A stretch of DNA of 64,000 nt from Bugula neritina (Eukaryota > Animalia > Bryozoa): positions 18,397,700 through 18,461,699 of the forward strand of contig OZ037768.1 of the NCBI GenBank assembly GCA_964035545.1, read 5' to 3'. How positions within the stretch are numbered: the stretch's first letter is position 1; each line of letters starts with the position of its first letter. Positions 15,901 to 27,300 of the stretch are shown here, piece after piece. The position numbers were made by a program, and so were the translations under genes. Under the pieces are notes generated by a model. That model saw only the letters and a program-made list of their open reading frames with translations, searched no databases and was not told where the DNA came from.

Positions 15901-15998
15901 GCTAATAAATTTAGAGCAGTGATCTTACCAGAGTTTTGACCAACAGCACACTCTGTTAGCAGAGTGATTATTAATAAACAGAGTCTGAGGAACATCAT
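961..15998 (-). CDS. Cont: Contactin (CTL-6Ig-4FN3, presumed GPI-anchored), tandem copy A; 23 coding exons in window, terminal exon presumably left of position 1
   Basis: Hand-spliced GT-AG exons with consistent phase: 15929-15998 (signal MMFLRLCLLIITLLTECAVG); 15451-15560 and 14899-15283 (C-type lectin); 14352-14548, 14031-14193 (Ig1); 13725-13820, 12968-13180 (Ig2); 12473-12578, 10556-10758 (Ig3); 10077-10171, 9574-9766 (Ig4); 9301-9431, 8881-9070 (Ig5); 8639-8767, 8099-8269 (Ig6); 7083-7241, 5840-5965 (FN1); 5237-5424, 4617-4803 (FN2); 3583-3704, 2707-2893 (FN3); 2284-2399, 961-1141 (FN4). No stops. Motifs include GPYFVTQPQD, CDARGYPQPTYQW, DEGEYTC, GPPGEP and GGGKEGTLVIEWDPLPREQWN. Confidence 0.9.
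4030..4210. repeat. Diverged dispersed repeat; inverted copy at about 7490-7640
   Basis: aaaattttcaagacttgc and tcaagtcaaagagtttcct resemble the reverse complements of gcaagtcttagaaattt and agggaattctttgacttt. Confidence 0.45.
4376..4570 (+). repeat. 18-bp minisatellite (GGTGTGACAGTGACTACT)n, about 11 units with 14-bp variants
   Basis: Directly visible tandem array in contactin A intron 19; absent from copy B. Confidence 0.9.
9796..9950. mobile_element. Small MITE with about 55-bp imperfect TIRs, specific to contactin A intron 10
   Basis: ctataagcagctccgagttggaagtgattgag ... ctcagtcacctccaactctgagctgcttatag, flanked by ttatccttt/ttatcttt (TSD-like). The paralogous B intron (25510-25655) shows the empty site. 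Confidence 0.8.
11085..11551. mobile_element. Probable MITE with long imperfect TIRs
   Basis: tctacagactgttttggggttg near 11148 versus caaccctgaaacagtctgtaga near 11473; similarity extends outward to aaccctgac / gtcagcgtt. Confidence 0.55.
12706..12790 (+). mobile_element. Degenerate tRNA-derived SINE-like head
   Basis: A-box-like TGGTCTAGGGG and B-box-like GGTTTGAGCC at tRNA spacing; no cloverleaf. Confidence 0.4.
13270..13342 (+). mobile_element. tRNA-derived SINE head or tRNA pseudogene
   Basis: GCCCCTGTGGTGTAATTGG...GGTTCGAATCCCGGTTGGGGCA: A and B boxes, tRNA length and a partial acceptor stem, but mismatched T and anticodon stems. Confidence 0.6.
13946..14010. mobile_element. Terminal fragment of the element at 32634-32847
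   Basis: gattttaggtaaaaatgg...aaaaatggcac...aattggcacg resembles the reverse complement of the right end of the 32634-32847 element. Confidence 0.55.
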
Positions 15999-17201
15999 CA
16001 ACTCTCTGCCACCTCTTCAACACAAAAAATCTTCAACTCACACCTATAAATCAGAATTAAGCTTGCTATACAGTAATTTTTTCCACTCAAGAATACGAGA
16101 TTGTCGTTAACTTGCCAATATACCTGTTGCCATACAACTACTGAGTCAATGCCAGAAGCATGAAGCCATGTTTATAGGTGAATGAGCTTTAAAAGTGATG
16201 CATAGCTTAATAAAGAAGAGCTAAAATATTTTCATTTTATTGAATGCTAAATTGAAGTAAGCTGAAAATGCCTCCTACATGTGTTGATACTTGATACTTT
16301 TGTCATAGCTGTGCATGCGTACAGTTACAGAAATATTTCATTGCATGGAGAAAAATCTAGTTTCTATAAACAGCTAAAGTTTCCAATAAGCATATTCTAA
16401 CCATTGCTAATTCACCATCGCTGGAACATTGGCTGAAGTTGCGCTAATATCTCTCACTATTTTTAGCTAGAAATTCAAGTTGCATTGCACTTGGACAATG
16501 TCCATAGCTAAGACTTATGCAACACTGCAGCTCAATTTCAATGCTTATTAAAACACACAAACAAAGTTTTGCATTGTTTGTACTTCAAATTATTACTTTA
16601 TATAAACAGAAACGATATCTTACTAATCAAATTATAATTACTGTTCCGATAAATGAGTTGGGAGACAACTCCAACATCTTACTCAGATTGGCATAAAACC
16701 TGTGACAGTTCCTCGAAGTACTAGCTAAAACATGGCTGGCCATGGCAAAAAAATTAGATCCGCTACATTCACGACTTTATAATCATTGTGTTTCCTAACT
16801 CATTGTTTTGCAAAGTCTAGTTTTCTTTTCAAGGTCTCTATTTTAAACTGACCATTAACCACTTTTTTTCAAATTTGAGGGCTTTGTGCAGAATTCTAAC
16901 TACTATTCATTACTTTGGAACAAAAATATTGAAATATATGGGAGGTTTAGTCTAATTTTGATATTAGACAAGATGACAGATGTAATTAATGTTTATGGTG
17001 AAGCTAGCTGGAACAGTCCAATTGCTAAAAGTTACAGTTCTACACTAATTATAACTAAATTGCTGTGGGTAGGTACCAATTAAAAAGTAAAATTATGACT
17101 TTGATCTCTATGCTATAGTAATTCCATCTTGCAGCAAGGTGCAATATGCATATTATTATTGGCTACTACAAGAAAAAAGTATATACTTAAGTAGAGGATG
17201 G

Positions 17202-17300
17202 CTTACCTAGTTGCAGCCGCATTAATAGGAAAGCTCTCAGCTCCAAATACCTAGCTAAAAGTCTAGACTAGCTAGTTGTACACACTCGACATACACAACG
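17202..17300 (-). promoter_or_regulatory. Probable 5'UTR first exon/promoter region of contactin copy A
   Basis: Strong donor AG|GTAAGC at 17202-17208. The signal-peptide exon has an acceptor (tttatag, 16044-16050) 45 nt upstream of its ATG, so an upstream exon is required. The upstream boundary is approximate. Confidence 0.4.
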
Positions 17301-18392
17301 CGATTATGTAACATTTTCAATGCCATGGATATAATTTATAAAGCAATTACATCACTCTTTTCAACACACTGCTAGTGGGGAAATGGTATATAAAGCCTTT
17401 CTATACTACCTTCATAATAAAGGTAATTATCTTTTAGCATAACAGACTATCATCAGAGTATATCGATGTTACCAGTCTAGCAAAAATGTATTTTACAAGT
17501 GTATCATGAAAAATTATTTGCAAGTTATTGTATCTCTAAACTTCAACTTTAAACCATAACATTAGAAAACTAAACTACGTATCTGTTGAGTTCTTACTGA
17601 ACTCTAGGTTATATGACTTGAAACTTGAACCAATACTTTTTATAAACTATTTCTTGTTGCATTGTAGTCTTATTATGTGTACAGAACTTATTAGCTTCAG
17701 AGTGTGTTTAAATCTGAAATGTGAGTCATTCGCCAAAAAAGGTAGAAGATTATCAGTTTATAAATTATATAACACTGTGTTATATGACTATCAAAGGACA
17801 CCCTTGGAAACATATTATACTGATGAGCAAAAGAGTAGTCTGAGAATTGGTGAATAGACATTTTTAAACTACATTATTTCTGAATGAAGGTTTATCACAC
17901 ACTGTATATTTCAGACTATATGCATACTCTACTACAAATAAAAGTGCCAGTCCAGGTTCGAATGCGCCAGTTGTGTAACTAGTGAAGCATAACGCTGGTT
18001 ATAATGTCTATTCAAGAGTAACTCACTGAAATTAGAAATTGATTAGAATAGAATATTGAATATATATACAAATACATTATATTTTGATTTCAAAGTTTCA
18101 ACATATAATATAATATAATATAATATAATATAATATAAAAGAGATATTTAAAAAGAGTTAAGAGTCTTATTTGGAATGTTTAACATGGAATGTGCTATCT
18201 AAAATGAAGAAATCACTAATAAAAGCTATTAATGATTATGTGCATGTGTACGTATTACTGCACGAAAATACTACGGTTTTACTGAATAGTCTTTTAAGCA
18301 AAACCAGTAAATATTTTGATTATATACAAAGTAAAATTAGGCACAGGTGTACAAAAAATGCACATCATATAAGCATGGAAGGTACAGATTAA

Positions 18393-21300
18393 TCAAAAAA
18401 CACCCGCTAAGATTTGGTGAAAAATAAGAATGAATGATATTGAGATATATGAGGCGGAAAGACAGTAAGAACCTGAACAAAGATATTTCCATACTGTTTC
18501 AGTGTCGTCGGTGGTTTGCTTCTGATTGCAGCCTAGTAAATACACAGCAAAATAACATAATATAACATAACACAATAATATAGTATAACACAATAATATA
18601 ATATAACAATACAATAATATAGGATACAGAGAAGAATAGTTAAATAATTAGAAGGTCACAGAACTGAGTCTACATCACAGTTTGAGAAGCAGTGAAACAT
18701 GATATTCACGAAAAAAGTAAATTTCAATACAATTTTCACATTTTAATAATTATATTGCTGAACAACCAGAAAAACGGACAAAAAGTAATTTCACGAATAA
18801 TTTGTTGTAAGAAGAGTTCTTACCAATAGAGAATTTGATAAGTGGGGAGCTCATCTTTCCAACCCCTCCTCTGCTGTAACCAAATACTCTTAAATTATAA
18901 AAACTGTTTTTCTCAAAGTTGTAGTCTATGAATGTCCAGGTTCTACGGCCACAATCAAAATCCATTGCATTCCTCACATCTTCTCCTTGTCTCCAGATAC
19001 GAACCTAAAATAACAGAAATGGAGTCACTGACATATATTGGCTTATCAAATTCAAACTTTCATTCTAAAACAGCATAATTAAATGATAAACTTGGACCAA
19101 TGATGATAATGAGATATTTGTAACTTTTCAAACATGCATATTAATGTTTAAACAGACTTTTCAAAAACTTATAAAATAAATTATTTTACAAAGATATCAA
19201 AATCCCTACAAACTTTCAAGTCAGACACACTTGATGCTGGTGCCACTATTTATAAATAATATTAAACATATTTTATTATAGTATGACTTGTGAGCTGACA
19301 GCCTATACCTTATATCCATCGAGAGGTTCTTCGTTAGGGCCTGTGACAACACCTCGGAAGTTGACTCCAAGAGTTCCATCAGTTGTCCTGTTTATTGTTA
19401 CATACTCCGGCATGTTCAAAGGAGCTGCAATCAATATTCGTTGAATCAATAAAAAAATGTTCAGGAAACCTTTCATGTTACAAAAACACAGTTTTGTTTG
19501 ATGCTATAAGAGTTGACAATGATGGCCATAATTCTAAATATTAAATATACTAAATATATAAATATTTTACATAAAAACCACATTTACTTCTGATGTTAAA
19601 GCTAAAGAAAATAACAAAACAAATTATTAATAAAATGCTCACCAGAGTGAACTTTCTCAGCAATGAGGGCAAATTATTGCTAGCGCCTTCTAGAAACTAC
19701 TGGTTGAAATTTAGAAAATGTGCACAATAAAGAATTTACACACATGTATACAGTATATTACACAACAGTATACGGATAGTAGAATATATATAAGCTCACC
19801 ATTATACCATGTAGTCTGAGGGATAATTCTACCAGGTGGTGCATCTCCAGCTGAGTTAAACAGCTGAGCTGTAACCAGGTAGTCTGTTGCTGGCTCCAGA
19901 CCAATGATGGTACCTTCTGTAACATTACCAAGTACAGTGTTTCTACGTCCATACTCCTGTCTAGTGCCATCCTTCCAGTACTGGATCTGCAGGTAAACAC
20001 AGTGGATGTAGTGTGGGTAGACACAGTGAAAGTAGAGTAGGTAAACACGGTGTAAGTGGAGTACACATTTAAACAGCAAACAACCACACAACTGTGGTGA
20101 TGCTTAGATAGATTAGGCAGCAATAGTATGAATAAATGCTGCTAAGTATGGTAGGCACATTACAAAATATCCCAACAAACACTTCTAGATTCCATAATGT
20201 AAAGCCTTTAAACTATAAACTACCAGCTAACCTATTATCTTAGCACTGTTATTTGTTGACCAACTTAACCTGTGACCAAAAAGATTGACCATCAACACAA
20301 ATAGCACGAGATGTAGTATTTTCAGTCAACTTGTAATATGTAACAGGACTTATAGGCATAAACATACCACATGTACTGAATCTAACTGATGTAATTTTTA
20401 GCTAACATCACATTGGAATAAGTAGAGAGGCAAGAATAAACCGGATATATGTAAAAACACTAGTAATCAGCTGTACACAAAAAGTATCGTATATGTCAGT
20501 GCTCAACTGTTTACTAGTGAAAAATAACAAATTTGATCGAACACTGTTGACAAGAGTGAAAGACCTAAAATCAGGTAAGCGCTAAGCACATGATTTGAAA
20601 CAACTCGGTTTAGACTTGATATACCTAATTAGAGAACTACCAGCATCTGGAGACTTACATGAAAGCCAGAGAGTTCTCCTCCAGTGACAGTCTTACTGTT
20701 AGGAATAGGATCCCAGAAAACTGTTAGAGCTGTGGCATTCAGTGGCTGTACAACTATTTGCTTGGGTGTTGAGGTTGGCACTAAATGTATATCCAACATA
20801 ACGTTATGCAAATGTACATATAACACGTTATGTTTGTATGTTTATGTGTACAATTCTATATTATGTAAGAGTGCATAACTGATTGCTATACATTATAATG
20901 TAAGCAAATATAATTACACCCAAACAAATGACTTTTTCACTCATCATAAGAAACACATACATCAGATAATTTATCAAAAGAGTAAATATTAGTGCCTTCA
21001 ATAAGTGTGCCCAAATTGTTACAAATTATGCTTTTTCCAACAATAGATGAAAGATTCAAAATATCAATTTAGGAATCCCAAGCAGTATCACTAGTATCTG
21101 TTCATCATTCACTTGGAGAGTTTACCTAGAGTTTGATTCGGTTGATAAGTTACCCATTTTAAAGTGTATTTTATGAATATTCTTCTCAACAATAAAAGTA
21201 AGATACACATTCAAACAACAGTAAAAGTATATTATAATGAAGCTAAAGCATACCTCTTACAGCTGACATTCCAACCACTGGCTCTGGTATTGGCCCGTCT

Positions 21301-24300
21301 CCAACATCATTTCTAACCCACACTCTGACATAGTAAGGTAGATAGTACTTGGCACTACCAATAGTCACCGTGCACTTGCCAGTCTTCTTGTCACCATGCG
21401 GAATCGGCACATCGTCATTACATCCCTTCATACAAAATATGAACCTCTAGTTTTTATCTAGCACAGTTTAAAGGGTCAACTATTATACCAAGAGCAATGC
21501 TAGGTTATGTAAGCTCGCTTGTAACCAGAGCTAAAAAATGTTTCGTACAGTTACGATAAAGCAGTTCAATATTGAGTTTTTATAATTTTATAAAACAATT
21601 CGGATGAAACAGAAAACAATTCTTACAACAATAGTCAGATTTAGACATTTATATTCATGTAACGACTCTTAATATTCATTTCACAAAATAGTATTTGTGC
21701 CAAACACTTCTCCTTTCCATGAATATGAAAAGAAACTGCAAAATACATTGATCAGAAAACTTCACATTAAAGAGCAATAAAGATATTTTCTGACCATTGT
21801 TAACTCTATAAAGTAAGTCATACTCACACTCCATGAACCAACAGTAACATCTTTATTGTACTCTTTATACTGAACAATGTAGAAAATGCTACGCGCATTC
21901 CATTGCTCTCTTGGTAGGGGATCCCACTCAATAACCAGGGTGCCTTCCTTTCCACCCCCAGCCCTTATGTTAGTTGGATATGATGTAGGCTTGTCAGGGG
22001 TTGTCTGAATTAACTCTACAAACAGATCAGGAACTGTGATTTGTTGTCTGTTAACTATAATCCTGTACATCTGCTAACCACACAATAGAATGGAATATAA
22101 GAATGAACACAGAGTATAAAATGTCCTGCTGGTGAAGAGCTTAACAAATACTCACTAGATTCAAGACCTGCAACTCCAACTCCATATATATTGACAGCTT
22201 TAATTCTAAACTTGTAGCCAGTGTCAGCAAACAGTCCAGTAACTGTTGTGTTACCATTCGCCACATCGTCTGGGTCAGTAACTGAAAGACAACCGGCACG
22301 ATAAGACAACGAAGTAGAGCAGTGCTTAGTGGAGTAAGAGAAATTATTCTAACATTTCAATATTATATTGGGCAATATTCTAGGCTAGAGTTATGCAAAC
22401 ACATACACTTTGTTACCATTGCTTTGCATTATGCAAATGGATTTTTCATTTAATGTTTGGGAACAGGTCAATTGAATGAAACCACAACCATAACTTAATG
22501 CAATCCGTAAGAATAATTATTACACAACTCTATCCGTACGGATTTATTCGAAGCAATGGGCACAGTGATAGAAATGTAATTCCAAGCATAAGTATGGAAC
22601 TCAAAAACTACCTTCTTTGGCAAGAACCCATTCTTGAGATTCCACATTATACTTTTCTATAATGTAGGAAGTTATTTTCTCTCCATTAGTAGCTCCCTCG
22701 GACCAAGACACAATAGCCGAGTGTTTTCCTGGGTTACTTGCTTTAATTCCAGCAGGTTCACCTGGAGGTCCTGTTAAAAGATAATTGCAGAATTACGGAA
22801 AGTCATGACTTTTTAAGTAAATATCCTGCCACATAGCTAATGAAGACTTTCAACACCAGTTAAATTAAAAAAAACAAAACATAAAGACTATGAAAATTAT
22901 TTAATAAGTCAATAAACATTGAGCACAGCACAGCACAATTTTTCGGAAATAAATTTGCAAACTGGTGTAAAATGTTTGTTTTTCTGTCCAAGACTTTTAT
23001 TTAAGGTCATTGCCTCGTGCACACACTTACTAAAACATAATCCTGTTTGTAAATCACAAATTGAGATTAGGGTATTGTCAGTCCATTAACTCTTGGCAAT
23101 CAAAATTAAATGTATGATGGTGGCTATGTGCAACCCTTAGCCAGCTAATAAGACATTATTTTCATATGAATTAGCAGGGAGGGTGATTAGATAAATACTT
23201 TTGTATAGGTTAGAAAGATAGACTAATTCTAGAACTTACCATAGACTTCGACTCTTGCGGGGAGTGTAGCCTGATCACTCTTGGTCTTGACTTGACATTT
23301 ATAATAGCCTCTTTCCTCGTACGTTATGTTAGAGATATGTAGGTCGCCTCTACTCACCCCCTCACCACGTTTGTATGTCTGGGACATCTTCCAGTCATCA
23401 AAGTCTATCACTACACAACAGACGTAGTCTGAACTTTATTAGGTGATGCATAACAATACATAGTTATGTTATAGTTGCTTCTATGATATAATATCATATG
23501 GATATAAATAAAAGCTTCATTATGGGCAGAGCATGCAATAAATTGATTATGGACAGAAATAATTTAATTATACAGTATAATACAAGACAAGTACACAAGT
23601 AGGGTGCATATAATGTGCATAATGTTGTCATTAAACATGATGAAGGATAAAAAATTATATAGGCAAGGGTATGAAACAAAAAGACATGCTTACAAATATT
23701 ATACTTTGAAACTTCAACTTAAACATTGTGATTTGAACAGTTTTATTTAGTTTTACAATCGCAGCATAACCAGACAGGAGGGCATTAAGATGAAGCTAAT
23801 CATACTAGAAAATAAGGCACAAAACAATTACGATTCTAACAACTTTTACTCTTCCTATGTCCCTCCACATACTGAGTCAACTTACGCTTGTCATTGTGAA
23901 ACCAGAGGTATACCAGGTCTAAGATATTGTGGAAATTGGCTCTGCATTGCAGCACAACATCTGTACCCAGCAGATAGTCATCTCCAACTGGGCCGAAGTC
24001 CAGAGTTGTCCTCTCTGCAATGGTACATATTACATTGGTCAGCTGATGAAATCCCCAACATAATTGAGTACTGGTAGCACAGTTAATAGAGCATCTTCAG
24101 TGACTTACGAACAACTTTGAGGAAGGTTGTAGCCTGAGCCTCACTCAGTCTTTCACCAGTTTCAGGATTTAAGGCTGTGTTCTCAGCAACACAAGTATAC
24201 TCGGCCTCGTCTACATTCTTCTGTATTCCGCTGAGGTAAAGGTCATCATTGGGTAGAATTCGCTTTGGACTTGACGAATCTTTGTTTACATTGAAAGGCT

Positions 24301-27300
24301 AAAATATTTTATAATGTTGGGTGGTAATTATGCCTTAATTTGTTTCTTCCTTACTATTATTAAATTCTGAAATTGAAAGGCTAAAATATGTTTTAATAGT
24401 CTGTAAGAAAATGCCCTAAACTGTTTTTTTACTATTATTGCATTATGTAAGTAATGGAGTAACTCAACAATAACCGAAGGCTTGGGAAGAACACTACTAT
24501 ACAGCAGTAAATAACATTTTCATTTAACATTTAGAGACAAGAATACAACTAGATGAAACTGTCTATCGTCACGGCAATTAATTGAAGAGTTTAGTATAGT
24601 GTAAAGATAACATTCTCCATGTCCCCCAAGAAGAAAGCATAAATCTTAGGTTGGCCAATATACTGTAACTTACCACTCCATTCTTTAGCCATCTTATAGT
24701 TGGTTTGGGTGCTCCTTCAGGATTACATGGAATAGTAGCATTTCCTCCTTCAGTTGCCAGAACTTGGCCTAGCATGGGGTGTTTATTGAAATTGGGTGCA
24801 AACTCTACAAGGGGGCCAGGAAATGTGAGCTCAAAGTAACACATGAATCATATATATTTATATACTCAGTCACTTTTCTAGTCACTTTTATTGACTAATT
24901 AATTTTCAATAAACAATTTACTGGCTCTAGTGTTTCAGTAATGTGAATTATATTGCTAGTCCAACTACCGTTGCAAAATTTAGGTCGAGTGATTTGTGCT
25001 AAGGGGACAAGTTTATGAAAGCTTGCTTCAAAGTTGTACTACATATAAGCTATATTGAAATTGAAATTTGCTGCAAGTAATACAGCCACCATATGCATTT
25101 ATATCTCTATTAAAATGGCTGCTCATAATTTGAAAATGTACAGAATTACAGAGTTTCATGGCAATAAAAACGCTGAATGGCAAGAAACCCAATCCAATGA
25201 GGTTTAATTCAGTATTTAGTCGCATTCATGTTTGAGCATATGGAGTCTGTATCATGTGATTTAATCATAATAACGTTTACCAATCACCACTCTCATAATC
25301 AGGTAACCCCCCCTACCTAGCACCCTGACTTGAGCAGAGCTGTATGTAGTTCCATGAGAATTGCTGGCTGCACACTGGTACATCCCAGGATGAACATTTT
25401 TATCTAAATTCTGAAACTGAAGGACTCTGTTGTTATCACTGAATGAGATTCCTGCGGGCGTGTTAGCACCCCCCAACAGAGTTCCATTAACATACCAGGA
25501 ATATGTGGGCTAAAACATAAAATCATCACTTAGCATTCACTTTAATATGAGTAGGTATGAGTACTCAACACTCTATTGTTAAAATCATTAAAAAAGAGAC
25601 AATTCTACTCTCTTTAACACGTTCTGAGTCACAATTACTATCATTTGATACATACTTGAGGATTTCCATTGGCAAGACACGTCCACTCATAGTCACCTCC
25701 CTGGTCTAAATGGAGATTATCTAACCTCCCTTCACCAAAATACGGTTTGGCTGGAAACACAATTAAAAAAATACACAGGCATTGAATTCTCACACTCGAT
25801 TGACAATCAAATCATAAAATGAGCTCCGTAGTAAAGGTAATATAGTTTGAAAAAGACAAGAAAAATTTGTCTCAAGCAACTAGTAACGTCTCTGGAAGAC
25901 TTGCATTTCCGTTAAACGACGGACTGTTAGTATTTTAACAATTAAATAAACTGCAATGTGTAATTTCCTCAAGTACAATGGCAATAACAATGGCTATTGC
26001 TATAGTTTCCATTTAAAACTGGACATATTTCTGACTGACTGTTCACGCTGTACGCCAAACTCTATTCACTATATTTGATATAAAATTACTCCTAAAATGC
26101 TTTTCATCAACGTTTGAAATCAACAGAAAACAGCTGTGTCTGATCTCATAAAATTCTCTTGTCACAAAACTAAAATGTTCGACTAGCAAACTCATGCCAT
26201 ACTTATAAAAATAAGAGCTTAGCTTGAATGTCATTTAGCACAACATTCAATTAAACCTTATCTCTTTCCAAAAAGACAAAATCAATGACTATAACTTCTA
26301 AACACCATAAAAACAGTGTGTAGAATAAAAGCAAGCAACATATCCAAAAGTAATTTTCGATTAAAAATAATAGATCATAAAAATGGTGGCAAAATAACTT
26401 ACACGATATACGAAGGGCAACGGTTTGAAAATCAGATGATTGCACATCTGAAACTGTGCAGGTGTATTCTCCTTCGTCTTGTGATGTCACACTCGGTATT
26501 ACAAGTCTACGATTATACTCGCTCTGCTCAACCACACTACCAGGTGGTAGAGGCAGACCATCGGCTCTCTTCCACTCATAGCGAGGTGGCTGACCATGGT
26601 TTCGGCTGTAGTTGAACATCACAGTCACACATTCAACATTCACATTAACAATAACAAAATCATGTTTTTACTATAATAATACAAAATATGAATTTTATCT
26701 TTTCATAACTTCAAGAGAAAAGAGTTATAGGAATTGACACCAAAAAATAAAGCAGATAATTTGGTAGACAACTGGACAATATGTTGTATATGAGCGAAAA
26801 TTTCAACAACTGGATTATAAATTTTTCAAACAAACATCCAACTGTGAAAATTTTTAAATGTTAAGTTATTAAAATCTTCCAAAAATTAGTCACAACAATT
26901 AATTATAGTTGTCCATTTGACGTGGCTGTTAATTGAGAGTTTTTAGCTCCATGAAATGTGTTTTAAGACACTCGGTGCACATGGCTGCTTCTAAAATCTA
27001 AAAACCATAAAAAGTTGTTTCTTTACAGTTTTGAAACTTTTTTTTTAAAAAAAGACTACATACCAACAACTTGGTGATTAATAAAAATTGCTTTCTTTTA
27101 CAACAGTTCTTTTAATGAAATTGCAATGATCAACAACTACCCAAAATACAGCTCATCACCAATCAACATATGGAAAGAAAACAATTTTATATAAATAACA
27201 AATCCGTACGTGAATCTAGCAAAGCACTCCAAATAGACTTTGTCTCCTTTGACAGGGTTCTTAGGTATTATCTTGATGAAGTCGTTGTGTATGAGAGGAC

